Below, in pieces: positions 1-9,223 of a stretch of DNA of 64,000 nucleotides (positions are counted from its first letter, which is position 1; each line of letters starts with the position of its first letter). The position numbers and the translations under genes are program-made. Source of the stretch: a bacterium (GTDB taxonomy: Bacteria; Patescibacteriota; Patescibacteriia; UBA9934; GWF2-40-263); contig JAGVFR010000001.1 of assembly GCA_020057555.1 (NCBI GenBank), positions 3,062 to 67,061 on the forward strand, read 5' to 3'. The notes under the pieces are model-generated. The model was not told the origin of the DNA. It did not search any database and saw nothing but the letters and a program-made list of their open reading frames with translations.

Positions 1-299
1 GTTATTCTATCAATGACACAATCGTTGTTCTTGATCGTACTAGAGAGAACCTTTTGCATCGCACAGGAGCTTCTTTGTCAGAAACAGTTGAAGCGAGCAT
101 TCAACAAACGCTTCTTCGTTCGCTTAACACAAGTTTAACAACTATTCTCGCTTTGCTAGCAATTTTTCTTTTTGGTGGTGATAGCACGCGTCCTTTCGCG
201 CTTGCGTTGATAATTGGAATCGCAGTTGGAACATATTCATCTATATTTGTGGCAAGTCCATTGTTGATTGTTTGGGAGAAAATGAAGAAAAGAAGCTGA
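1..299 (+). CDS. secF: Protein-export membrane protein SecF, C-terminal fragment; the gene begins upstream of the window
   Basis: Frame 3 is open from the window edge. Translation ...NDTIVVLDRTRENL... followed by TM segments (ILALLAIFLFGG, IIGIAVGTYSSIFVASPLLIV) is typical of the SecF C-terminus. Confidence 0.65.
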   Translation, partial: YSINDTIVVLDRTRENLLHRTGASLSETVEASIQQTLLRSLNTSLTTILALLAIFLFGGDSTRPFALALIIGIAVGTYSSIFVASPLLIVWEKMKKRS

Positions 300-370
300 A
301 GAAGTTGGAGAAGCTGAAGAAGTTGTAGAATAACAGGCGACATTCGCTTGTTCTTTTGATATAATAAAGT

Positions 371-1891
371 TTGAAGGATATGCTATCTCTTTTTGCGATT
401 CCGATCGTTCAACAAACAGTTCAAACTTCTACGGTTGCTTTTTCGTTCTTCGAGCGTCCGATTGACGTTATTCTTTTTGATTTTTTAATTTGGTTTGGAT
501 GGATTCCAATTGCGATTACTCTTGGTTGGGGGTTTGTAATGATGTGGCAAAATTATCGTCAAGGTGAATGGTCAAAGACTTTGAAATTTGTTTTGTTAGC
601 GATTGATGTTCCAACAATGACAGAACAAACGCCAAAAGCTTTGGAAAATTTATTTTCGAGTTTATATGGAGCAAAATCAAGTCTAACATGGAAAGAATTA
701 TGGATTGTTGGAAAATACCACCCAAGTTTTTCTTTTGAGATTATTTCGGCTGAAGGATACATACAATTTCTTGTTCGAACACAAACTCGTTTTCGCGACA
801 TGATCGAAGCAGGTATTTACGCGCATTATCCAGACGCTGAAATTTCAGAGGTTGAAGATTATGCTACGAAATTTCCAAATGTTTTTCCTGACAAAGAATA
901 TGAAATGTGGGGAGGGGAATTTAAATTGGCAAAACCTTCAATGTATCCAATCCGGACATATATTGAGTTTGAAGATAAAGTAACTGGTGAAATTAAAGAT
1001 CCTCTTGGACACACACTTGAGCAACTTGCAAAAATGAGGCCAGGAGAACATTTTTGGTTTCAGATGATCATTCAACCATCAACGAATGATTGGATTAAAG
1101 AAGGAATGACCCGATTGAATAAACTTTACGGAAAAACAGAGCAAGCTAAAAAGAGCGCGATTGTTTCCTCAATTGAATCTGTTGTTTCATGGCCGATTGG
1201 TGTGATTGCAAATGCGACAGGGACTGATCTTGGCGGTTTGTTTGGTATTACAGAAGAAGCAAAAAAAGAGCCTTATGTTTTACTGCCTTTGCAAGAAACA
1301 AAAGAGGCAGATGCTTTGTATAAAAAACTTTCAAAAGTCGGAATGGGAACAAAAATTCGGATTCTTTATGTTGCAAAAAAGAATGCGTTTGTAAAAGTCG
1401 AGAGAACTGGCATGGTTAAAGGAATTTTGAATCAATACTCCGATCTTGCGTTAAACAAGTTTGAACTTTTTATTCCTCAAGTTCCTAAAGATGATTATTT
1501 TTGGATGCGATGGGTTTATACAAAAAAACAACATACGCTCATGAAAGCGTACCAAAATCGTAGCTGGGGGATTGGAGCTGATCCATCTTTTTTGAACGTT
1601 GAGGAAATAGCTTCGCTTTGGCACTTCCCAACATTTGGATTTAAGGCGCCTTTGGTTAAGAAGGCTGAAGCTCGACGCGCAGAGCCTCCTGTTGGTCTTC
1701 CAATTACGTTTGAAGAAGATACTTTGGCAATTGGAAGAGAAGAAAAGGAAGAAAGAGAAGAAAAGGAAGAAAGAGAAGAAAAGGAAGAAAGAGAAGAAAT
1801 ATCTGATACGATCGGAACTGCTGAAGTTCCTATTGTTAAACCGCCAACAACTAAAAATGAGGATTTTGTTCCACCGAATTTACCTGTTTAG
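371..1891 (+). CDS. Membrane-anchored hypothetical protein with two N-terminal TM helices and a C-terminal acidic (EEKEER)n repeat
   Basis: 506-aa ORF. The N-terminus has two hydrophobic helices (FDFLIWFGWIPIAITLGWGFVMMW). The C-terminus has EEKEEREEKEEREEKEEREE followed by a Pro-rich tail. I recognise no family. The start is uncertain (TTG at 371 or ATG at 380). An extended -10 (TGaTATAAT, 357-365) lies just upstream. Confidence 0.6.
   Translation: MKDMLSLFAIPIVQQTVQTSTVAFSFFERPIDVILFDFLIWFGWIPIAITLGWGFVMMWQNYRQGEWSKTLKFVLLAIDVPTMTEQTPKALENLFSSLYGAKSSLTWKELWIVGKYHPSFSFEIISAEGYIQFLVRTQTRFRDMIEAGIYAHYPDAEISEVEDYATKFPNVFPDKEYEMWGGEFKLAKPSMYPIRTYIEFEDKVTGEIKDPLGHTLEQLAKMRPGEHFWFQMIIQPSTNDWIKEGMTRLNKLYGKTEQAKKSAIVSSIESVVSWPIGVIANATGTDLGGLFGITEEAKKEPYVLLPLQETKEADALYKKLSKVGMGTKIRILYVAKKNAFVKVERTGMVKGILNQYSDLALNKFELFIPQVPKDDYFWMRWVYTKKQHTLMKAYQNRSWGIGADPSFLNVEEIASLWHFPTFGFKAPLVKKAEARRAEPPVGLPITFEEDTLAIGREEKEEREEKEEREEKEEREEISDTIGTAEVPIVKPPTTKNEDFVPPNLPV
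1735..1799 (+). repeat. Coding tandem repeat: 18-nt unit agaaaaggaagaaagaga in about 3.5 copies, encoding (EEKEER)n
   Basis: Read directly from the sequence at 1735-1799. Perfect head-to-tail copies, in frame inside the 371..1891 ORF. Confidence 0.9.
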
Positions 1892-1938
1892 TTTTATCCT
1901 CACACACTCACCCCTTTTCTCCTCGCCCCTTTTTCTAT

Positions 1939-3927
1939 ATGTCCCACAACCACGATCACGAAAACGAAGTCACATACTTTGCTAAAACAAACTTTAGAAA
2001 CTCAATGACAAAGTTTGGCATCAAGACTGACGATAGGCGTCGTCATGTTTATGTGATTGGAAAAACAGGCATGGGAAAAACAACTTTGCTTGAAAATTTT
2101 ATTTTATCTGATATTTACGCAGGACATGGTTGTTGTTATGTTGATCCGCACGGAGACACGGCAGAAAAATTGATTGATTACATTCCAAGCTGGAGAATAA
2201 ACGATGTAATTTATTTCAACCCATCAGATGTTGATTATCCGATTGGTTTTAACATTTTGGAAGCAGTAAGTGAACGACACAAACATTTGGTCGCTAGCGG
2301 AATGATGGGTGTTTTCAAAAAGATTTGGGAAAACATGTGGTCTTCACGAATGGAATATATTTTGAATAACACTATCCTGGCTCTTCTTGATAATCCTGGA
2401 CAAACCTTGCTTGGAATCAACCGTATGCTTTCAGAAGAGGAATTCAGAAATCGGATTGTCGGAAATGTCACAGATCCAGTTGTAAAACAATTTTGGTTGA
2501 AAGAATTTGCTTCATATAACGACAAATATGCCCAAGAAGCTGTTGCGCCTATCCAAAATAAAATTGGTCAATTTTTGTCAGCGTCTGTAATTCGAAACAT
2601 TGTCGCTCAAGTTAAATCAACGATTCATATTCGCGAGATAATGGATTCTGAAAAGATATTTATTATCAACCTTTCAAAGGGTCGAATCGGTGAAGACAAT
2701 TCTCGTTTGCTTGGTGGACTTTTAATTACCAAATTGCAATTAGCCGCAATGGAACGTGTTGATGTCCCTGAAAATGATCGAAAAGATTTTTATCTGTACG
2801 TTGATGAGTTTCAAAATTTTGCTGTTGAGTCGTTTGCTGGAATTCTTTCCGAAGCTCGCAAGTACCGTTTGTGTTTGACAATGGCGCATCAATACATTGC
2901 TCAACTTACAGACGAGGTTCGAGAAGCTGTATTTGGAAACGTAGGAACGATCATCTCATATCGTGTTGGTTCTCCGGATGGTTTGTATATGGAAAAAGAA
3001 TTTGCGCCTCGTTTCATGCCAGAAGATATTATCAATCTTCCAAAATACAACGTTTATTTGAAATTGTTGATTGATGGTGTTTCAAGTCAACCGTTTTCCG
3101 CGATTACTTTGCCGCCGATTTCTAAGCGCACAGATTCTGCCGATCGTGTCATCAAAGTATCGCGTGAACGTTTTGCAAATCCACGAAAAGAAATTGAAGA
3201 AAAGATTTTGCAATGGAGTGGAATGGAAAACGCGGACATGGACACACTGCTTAAAGAAGCAGAAGAAAAAAAGAAAATGGCAAAGACGGCGCGAAAGCCT
3301 CGTTTTGAATATAATTGCACACGGTGTAACAAACAAATTATCTTGGCGGTTGAACTCGATCGTTCTCGACCGATCTATTGCGAGGAGTGTATAGAAATTG
3401 TTAGAGAGGAACGAAAACATGGAAAATCAAAACGGCCAGAAGTTCATGTAAAACCAGAACTTCCACCACGGCCATCTGAAGGTACAGTTGTTGAGCGTGT
3501 GGCAACCGAAACACCGATGAGTTTGGATCGGTTGAATGTGAAAAGTGAGAAGACCCAGACGACTGAAAGGACCAAGATGACCGAGAGGGAAAACGATTTA
3601 TCGCCTGAGCCTGTCGAAGGCAGTAATTTAACTCCTGCTCAAGCTAAAGATGATTGGTTGTCTAATGAGATTAAAAAACCAAATGCACATGTTGCAAGTA
3701 TTGCACCTCAACAAACAACAACAGCCGCGGGTTTTATCCAGCGTCAAAATACACAAGGCGAAAATAATAATAAACGAAAACGAAATAGAAAAAAGAAGCA
3801 AAACGTTCCACTTCCCAATGGGGACAACAGGGGATCGTCGGTAGCTCCGCAAATTGTTTCTCCGTCATCTATTCCACAAAAAAATACAGGGACACTCAAA
3901 CCAGGACAAACAATAAAGTTTGATTGA
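1939..3927 (+). CDS. TraD/TraG/VirD4-family P-loop ATPase (type IV secretion coupling-protein-like, FtsK/HerA superfamily) with a C-terminal Cys4 zinc ribbon and a low-complexity tail
   Basis: Walker A is VIGKTGMGKTT, followed by YVDPHGD (cf. VDPKGD of TrwB/VirD4). Walker B is LYVDEFQNF. The distal motif LTMAHQYIAQL...FGN matches the TraG-D_C type. The zinc ribbon is CTRCNK...CEEC. The tail is rich in S/T/Q/N/K. Confidence 0.75.
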   Translation: MSHNHDHENEVTYFAKTNFRNSMTKFGIKTDDRRRHVYVIGKTGMGKTTLLENFILSDIYAGHGCCYVDPHGDTAEKLIDYIPSWRINDVIYFNPSDVDYPIGFNILEAVSERHKHLVASGMMGVFKKIWENMWSSRMEYILNNTILALLDNPGQTLLGINRMLSEEEFRNRIVGNVTDPVVKQFWLKEFASYNDKYAQEAVAPIQNKIGQFLSASVIRNIVAQVKSTIHIREIMDSEKIFIINLSKGRIGEDNSRLLGGLLITKLQLAAMERVDVPENDRKDFYLYVDEFQNFAVESFAGILSEARKYRLCLTMAHQYIAQLTDEVREAVFGNVGTIISYRVGSPDGLYMEKEFAPRFMPEDIINLPKYNVYLKLLIDGVSSQPFSAITLPPISKRTDSADRVIKVSRERFANPRKEIEEKILQWSGMENADMDTLLKEAEEKKKMAKTARKPRFEYNCTRCNKQIILAVELDRSRPIYCEECIEIVREERKHGKSKRPEVHVKPELPPRPSEGTVVERVATETPMSLDRLNVKSEKTQTTERTKMTERENDLSPEPVEGSNLTPAQAKDDWLSNEIKKPNAHVASIAPQQTTTAAGFIQRQNTQGENNNKRKRNRKKKQNVPLPNGDNRGSSVAPQIVSPSSIPQKNTGTLKPGQTIKFD

Positions 3928-3936
3928 CAAAAAAAG

Positions 3937-4016
3937 AAGTAGTAGGTAGTAAGTAGCAGGTAGTAGGTAAATACGTTGAAAGAAGATACTTACTACTTAG
4001 TACTTGCTACTTTTTT
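3937..4016 (+). terminator. Imperfect AGTAG-rich hairpin followed by TTTTTT; a putative intrinsic terminator abutting the next start codon
   Basis: The 5' arm agtaggtagtaagtagcaggtagtaggta is partly complementary to tacttactacttagtacttgctact. The T6 tract at 4011-4016 is immediately followed by ATG at 4017. Confidence 0.45.
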
Positions 4017-5330
4017 ATGCACTCCTACGAACTTCGCGATCCAATTCATCATCGCATTTCATTTAACGAATTTGAACGGACGATCATTGATCATCCGTTT
4101 TTTCAGCGTTTGCGATTCATTAGCCAACTTGGCATGATGCATTCCTACGTATATCCAGGCGGAGTTCACGATAGGTTTATACATTCGATTGGGACAATGC
4201 ATGTTGCAGGACGATTATTCGATCATTTATTTTTTGATTCTTCAGAGCTTCAATCAAATTTGTCCGCAGAAGAAATGAAAGAACTTCGTTCTCGTGTTCG
4301 CGTTGCCGGACTTTTGCATGATATTGGTCATGGACCATTTTCTCATGCGTCTGAATTTGTTTTTCCATTACTCGAAACTTTTCCTCTCGATTGGTCTTGG
4401 TGGAAACAAAAACAAAATCGTAAAGCAATTCACGAAGATTACAGCATACTTTTAATACAAACACTTGTTCACGAAAATATTTTGGAAAAATCGTTTGCTC
4501 AAGATGTTGCGTCAATTATTCACAAAGATATTTTGCCGTCAGAATATTTAGACAAACTTTCAAATCGTATTCCAGGACTCGGTCGAGTTCTAAAGGGTCT
4601 TATTTCTGGCGAAGCTGATGCTGATCGAATGGATTATCTTTTGCGTGATAGTTATTTTTGTGGAGTCGCGTATGGAAATTATGATCTTGATTGGTTGATC
4701 TCATCGCTCGGTGTTGCACAATACGAAAGACAATTGATAATGACTCTTTCTGAAAATGGAGTTCGCGCGTATGAAGACATGCTGCTTGCTCGTTATCACA
4801 TGATCGATCAAGTTTATTATCACAAAACAAAAGCAGGGTTTGCGCATTATTTGGAAGAAGCGATTCAAACCAAAGAAATTCCACTTGCGATTCCTACTGA
4901 TCCGTATTTGTACACACAGTTGCGCGACGGAGCATTAATTGAACAGATTTTTGAGTCAGCAAAAAATCCGAAAAATTATTGGTCAGAACATATCGTAAAA
5001 CGAATTCCAGCAAAACGGATTTTACGTTTACAAAAAAATAAACCGGAAGATCATGATATTCTTTTAAAGCTGATTAATTTTTGTGAGAAAAATAATATCA
5101 GATATTTTATGCATTCAGTTTGGAACGAGCTTTCTCATTTTGGAGAAGGAGCGTCTGAAAGCGCGACAATGATTTATGTTGAGAAGCGTTTGGTGAACGG
5201 TGTTGAGTATATTCCAATTTTCAAGTATTCAGATTTACTTCAAAAGTATAACGAAAAGTTGGATTTCACAGATTTTTTTGTGTTTCGTGAGGACGCGGAA
5301 AAGTTTGAGCAATTAGCTGCTAGCTTTTAG
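4017..5330 (+). CDS. HD-domain phosphohydrolase (dNTP triphosphohydrolase / dGTPase-like)
   Basis: N-terminal DPIHH...FQRLR...QLG...YPGG.HDRFIHSIG is the pattern of dGTPase-like HD proteins. The HD motif is LLHDIGHGPFSH, followed by ADRMDYLLRDSYF. Confidence 0.75.
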   Translation: MHSYELRDPIHHRISFNEFERTIIDHPFFQRLRFISQLGMMHSYVYPGGVHDRFIHSIGTMHVAGRLFDHLFFDSSELQSNLSAEEMKELRSRVRVAGLLHDIGHGPFSHASEFVFPLLETFPLDWSWWKQKQNRKAIHEDYSILLIQTLVHENILEKSFAQDVASIIHKDILPSEYLDKLSNRIPGLGRVLKGLISGEADADRMDYLLRDSYFCGVAYGNYDLDWLISSLGVAQYERQLIMTLSENGVRAYEDMLLARYHMIDQVYYHKTKAGFAHYLEEAIQTKEIPLAIPTDPYLYTQLRDGALIEQIFESAKNPKNYWSEHIVKRIPAKRILRLQKNKPEDHDILLKLINFCEKNNIRYFMHSVWNELSHFGEGASESATMIYVEKRLVNGVEYIPIFKYSDLLQKYNEKLDFTDFFVFREDAEKFEQLAASF

Positions 5331-5377
5331 TTTCGATTATGTGTTTTCTAACGGCTAATAGCTAAAGGCTAACGGCT

Positions 5378-6496
5378 ATGACTAATTCATCAAAAGTCCT
5401 ACTCGGAATGTCTGGAGGGGTTGACTCGTCAGTGTCAGCGGCTTTGTTGTTGGAACAAGGATATGAAGTAATCGGAGCGTTCATGAAAAATTGGTCTGAA
5501 AACGAATGCAATGGACCAGAGTTCAAAGAGTGCGGTTGGAAAACAGAACGACGCGATGCGGCGCGTGTTGCGGCGAAACTTGGGATTCCATTTTTAACTC
5601 TGGATTTTGAAAAAGAATATCGTCGAGATGTTATCGAATATCTATTTCGCGAATCAGAAGCCGGTCGAACTCCAAATCCTGATGTTATGTGCAATAAGTT
5701 TATAAAGTTTGATCGTTTTGTACGCGAAGCAGATCGTCTTGGATGCGAGTTTATTGCGACCGGACATTATGCGAGGATTGCTCGTTCTAGATCCTTCGAC
5801 TCGTCCAGCCAAAAGGCCGGACTCGCTCAGGATGACACAAAGGATTGGAGTATTCTTGCAGGGAAAGATTCCAACAAAGATCAAACTTATTTCCTATGGG
5901 CGATAGATAAGAAAATTTTACCTCGAATTATATTTCCAATCGGTGAAATGAAAAAACCAGAAGTCCGCGCAAAAGCTCGCGAACTTGGACTTGATGTTGC
6001 TGAAAAAAAAGACAGTGTTGGAATTTGTTTTGTTGGTGAAGTTGAAATGCGAGAATTTTTGAAAACAAGAATCAAAGAAGATCCAGGGAAAATAGTAACC
6101 ACAGATGGAAAAATTGTTGGTGAACATTCTGGAATATATTTTTTCACAATTGGTCAGCGTCATGGTTTGAATATTGGTGGTGGAGCTCCATATTACGTTG
6201 TTGAAAAGCGCGAAAAAACAAAAGAGCTTATTGTCACAAGTAATTATCATCCATCTTTATACAAAGACGAATTATGTGTTGAGCAAATCAATTTGCTTGT
6301 TGATTCGCTTCCAAAAAACATCAAATGCAAATCTCGTATTCGTTATCGTCAACCACTTCAATCTTGCGCAGTAACTTTTCTTCCAAATAAAAAAGTTGTG
6401 GTTAAATTTGATAAATCACAGCGTGCTGTAACACCAGGACAGTCAATTGTTTTTTACGATGCTGAAGTGATGTTGGGAGGTGGAGTGATTGTGTAA
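5378..6496 (+). CDS. mnmA: tRNA-specific 2-thiouridylase MnmA
   Basis: PP-loop LLGMSGGVDSSVSAALL. The MnmA-typical central and C-terminal regions are present (ATGHYARI..., DQTYFLW). Confidence 0.9.
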   Translation: MTNSSKVLLGMSGGVDSSVSAALLLEQGYEVIGAFMKNWSENECNGPEFKECGWKTERRDAARVAAKLGIPFLTLDFEKEYRRDVIEYLFRESEAGRTPNPDVMCNKFIKFDRFVREADRLGCEFIATGHYARIARSRSFDSSSQKAGLAQDDTKDWSILAGKDSNKDQTYFLWAIDKKILPRIIFPIGEMKKPEVRAKARELGLDVAEKKDSVGICFVGEVEMREFLKTRIKEDPGKIVTTDGKIVGEHSGIYFFTIGQRHGLNIGGGAPYYVVEKREKTKELIVTSNYHPSLYKDELCVEQINLLVDSLPKNIKCKSRIRYRQPLQSCAVTFLPNKKVVVKFDKSQRAVTPGQSIVFYDAEVMLGGGVIV

Positions 6497-7074
6497 AACC
6501 ACTCATAAAACTTTTTTGCTCCCAAAATTGGATCAGTTTTTGTGGTTGAATATGAAGCCGGGTCTTTTTCATTTACATTGATCGGAACTGGTATAAGCAT
6601 GTATTCGTTCATTCCTTTTATGTGAGTTTGAATTGATCCTTCAATTGGCGCGATAGTCACCAATTGCTGATAATCATAATTGATTAGAGTTGCCGAACCA
6701 CTTACTAGAACATTTTCCGTTTTGTTCGTTTCTATAAAAAGAGGAACACGGTCTTTATTGACAACAATTATTCTTCCTTTTGGAAATCGAATTTTTCGTT
6801 CTTTTTTGTAGAGACGATAAAGTTCAAGCCGCGATCGTTCATCGATTCCAATTTGAATGTTGTTTCCAATATTGATTGCGAGATATTCGCCAGCCTTTGT
6901 TTCAATAAATTCGCCTCGACGAAATTTTTCGCCAACAATCCGATCAGATCCTGATGTTGAAACTATGACAACCGACTCTTCTGGAATTGTGTCAAAACGT
7001 CTAATCAAAAGAAGACCTGCGATAACAGTGAAAAATAGAGCGGCTATAAGAATTTGAACGCGAGTTTGTTGCAT
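6454..7074 (-). CDS. Hypothetical membrane-anchored / secreted protein
   Basis: 206-aa ORF with an N-terminal signal anchor (ILIAALFFTVIAGLLLI). No catalytic motifs recognised. It overlaps the mnmA 3' end convergently by 43 nt. Confidence 0.5.
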   Translation of the reverse strand: MQQTRVQILIAALFFTVIAGLLLIRRFDTIPEESVVIVSTSGSDRIVGEKFRRGEFIETKAGEYLAINIGNNIQIGIDERSRLELYRLYKKERKIRFPKGRIIVVNKDRVPLFIETNKTENVLVSGSATLINYDYQQLVTIAPIEGSIQTHIKGMNEYMLIPVPINVNEKDPASYSTTKTDPILGAKKFYEWFYTITPPPNITSAS

Positions 7075-7093
7075 GCTAAGATAATATCACAAT

Positions 7094-7345
7094 ATGAAAT
7101 ACTTTTTTTACGGGGACGAATGTCCTCATTGCCACGTAATGATACCAATTGTGGATAAACTCATTGGCGAAGGCATTAAAATCACAAAGCTTGAAACTTG
7201 GCATAATTCAGAAAATGCGTCTCTTTTTGAAACGAAAGACAAAGGTTTGTGTGGTGGTGTTCCATTTTGCTTCAATGATAAAACAGGGAAATCAATTTGC
7301 GGTGAAGCTTCTGAAGAAGAAGTTCGGAAATGTTTTTTGGAATAA
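7094..7345 (+). CDS. Small thioredoxin-fold protein (glutaredoxin-like) with a CPHC active-site motif
   Basis: 83 aa. CPHC near the N-terminus follows a beta-strand-like segment (FFYGDECPHCH). A C-terminal GG...C segment is present. Confidence 0.55.
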   Translation: MKYFFYGDECPHCHVMIPIVDKLIGEGIKITKLETWHNSENASLFETKDKGLCGGVPFCFNDKTGKSICGEASEEEVRKCFLE

Positions 7346-7351
7346 ACGTTT

Positions 7352-8287
7352 ATGAAATTTCGATTGAATCATTCCGTCGCTCTAACATGTTGCGCAATTC
7401 TTTTTGTTGGAGCAGGTTGCACTCAACAGATTGTTTCAGACAAAACTCCAGAGCAAGCCGCCGCTCTTCTCAATCTTGAAGCTGGATCGAAAATTACTTT
7501 GCGGGAAACAATACTTGGCGTTGGTGGAAAAGCAATTTCTTTGTTTGAGGGAACAGATGCAGATCGAATCATTTCGGTCAAATCTTGGGAGCCGAAAGTT
7601 AGAGGAGTTTTTTCATGGGAAAGATCTTTGAAAAAGGAAACGTCAGCTTCATCAGAAGCACGTAAAAAATATTTTAAAGAATACGCGTCTGCTTCGATTG
7701 GCACACAACTTCCAAATCCACCAGAACCAGTTTACGAAACAGTTGTTGAAAATGGTTTACTTGAGACTAATTCCCTTAATAATGGAAACAAAATTTCACT
7801 TCCGATTTTCTGGCAAGAAGATCAGAACACAGACGATCAGAATTTAAAAGATGATTCTACACTAATCTGGTTATCAAATAAGCAATATAAAGAACTTGTT
7901 GAAAATCGACGTACAGAAATTCATCTTGGACTATTTGATGATTCCGTTTCTTATATAACCGGACTGACTGATCAGATTGAATCTTTTATTGATCAATTGA
8001 AAGGCGACACTCCAGTTGTTCAAGAAAAAAAAATATCTGAAATTGAAGCAGATATAAATTGGAAAACTTATAGACTAAAAGTAAACGGAGTTTTGACGGA
8101 CGTGCGCGCTATTCAAGCTCAAAACGCTTTCGCTCGTTACACAATTCTTGCAAATGAAAATAATCCCCTTATTTTGGAGATTATTCTTTCACCTGCCTCG
8201 CGAGGAACAGCAAACCTTTTTAATTTAAAAGCTCTTGGAGAAGCATTTTGGGGATACGAAGTCACTTCAATTACAACCTCACAATAA
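7352..8287 (+). CDS. Probable lipoprotein or secreted protein of unknown function
   Basis: The signal peptide ends ...LFVGAGC, which is lipobox-like. No enzymatic motifs recognised. Confidence 0.55.
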   Translation: MKFRLNHSVALTCCAILFVGAGCTQQIVSDKTPEQAAALLNLEAGSKITLRETILGVGGKAISLFEGTDADRIISVKSWEPKVRGVFSWERSLKKETSASSEARKKYFKEYASASIGTQLPNPPEPVYETVVENGLLETNSLNNGNKISLPIFWQEDQNTDDQNLKDDSTLIWLSNKQYKELVENRRTEIHLGLFDDSVSYITGLTDQIESFIDQLKGDTPVVQEKKISEIEADINWKTYRLKVNGVLTDVRAIQAQNAFARYTILANENNPLILEIILSPASRGTANLFNLKALGEAFWGYEVTSITTSQ

Positions 8288-8307
8288 ATTAAGAGGATAC
8301 GGGCTAT

Positions 8308-9162
8308 CTAAATTCCGAGTCGTTCTGTCCAATGAGGATCAACATCAACAGTAAGTTCAAGGAAAATTTTTCTGTTCATCGCACCTTCAAGTTCTTTGCG
8401 TGTTGATTGTCCAATTTCTTTTACCCCTTGTCCGCCAGTTCCGATGATCATTCTTTTATATCGATCGTTTGTTGTATAAATAGTTGCGGCTATGACTAAC
8501 ATGCCGTTTTCTTTATCTTGAATATCAGTGACTTCAACGTGAGTTGTGTATGGAACTTCCTGACGAAGACGTAAAAATAATTTTTCTCTTATCAATTCCG
8601 CAATCCAAAATGCGTTTGGAATATTTGTGATTTGATGTTCTGGATAAAAATACTCGCCTTCTGGAATAAATGAAAACAGTGTGTTAATTAGCGCTTCAAT
8701 ATTTGTTTCGCGTAGAGATGAAATTTCAACAGTAGCATCGAATTCAGGAGAAAGATCTCTATAAAAATCAATGAACGGCTTTTTTCTTTCGTCTATTTTG
8801 TTGATTATGAGAACTCGTTTTGCATCTATCTGTTTTATTATTCTCAATGCCTCATGTTCTTCATCACCAATTTCACGAGTTGGATCAACAACATAACCGA
8901 TAACATCAACATCTTGCAAAGATTGTTTTACAGTTTCAAGTAATTTTTTCGTTAAAGCATCACGTCGTTTTTTGTAAATTCCAGGTGTGTCAACAAAAAC
9001 AATTTGGCCTTCATCTCGCGTGAGAATGCCTTGAATTGGAAGACGAGTTGTTTGTGGTTTCGGCGTTGTAATGGAAATCTTTGACCCAATGATTGCATTA
9101 AGAAGTGTTGATTTTCCAACGTTTGAACGGCCGAATAGCACTACAAATCCTGATTTAGGCAT
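8308..9162 (-). CDS. era: GTPase Era
   Basis: G1 is GRSNVGKSTLLN, G2 is TTR, G3 is DTPG, G4 is NKID. A C-terminal KH domain is present. Confidence 0.9.
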   Translation of the reverse strand: MPKSGFVVLFGRSNVGKSTLLNAIIGSKISITTPKPQTTRLPIQGILTRDEGQIVFVDTPGIYKKRRDALTKKLLETVKQSLQDVDVIGYVVDPTREIGDEEHEALRIIKQIDAKRVLIINKIDERKKPFIDFYRDLSPEFDATVEISSLRETNIEALINTLFSFIPEGEYFYPEHQITNIPNAFWIAELIREKLFLRLRQEVPYTTHVEVTDIQDKENGMLVIAATIYTTNDRYKRMIIGTGGQGVKEIGQSTRKELEGAMNRKIFLELTVDVDPHWTERLGI

Positions 9163-9181
9163 AGTGGACTTTAGGTTATAT

Positions 9182-9207
9182 TAAAAAAGAGCTTCTGTGA
9201 AGAAGCT
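9182..9207 (-). terminator. Intrinsic terminator of the MFS transporter gene
   Basis: On the minus strand: gagcttct-tcac-agaagctc (perfect 8-bp stem, 4-nt loop) followed by TTTTTT. Confidence 0.6.
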
Positions 9208-9223
9208 CGAGAGAAAAGAAAGA

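Noticed and set aside
101-343. Antisense or embedded ORFs such as 101..343(-), 35573..35917(-), 2235..2525(-), 33615..33968(+), 58144..58569(+), 63192..63461(+)
   Set aside because: They lie entirely or largely inside well-supported conserved genes on the opposite strand, often have low-complexity translations, and are presumed spurious.
1735-1799. CRISPR-like regular repeats
   Set aside because: The repeats are head-to-tail with no spacers and lie in-frame inside a CDS. No CRISPR array or cas gene is present anywhere in the window.
6454-7074. Signal peptidase I (LepB), suggested by a GNNIQIGIDERS segment resembling box E (GDNRxxSxDSR)
   Set aside because: No SMxPTL (box B) or KR..G.PGD (box D) is present and the box order is wrong. 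I called it only a hypothetical membrane-anchored protein.
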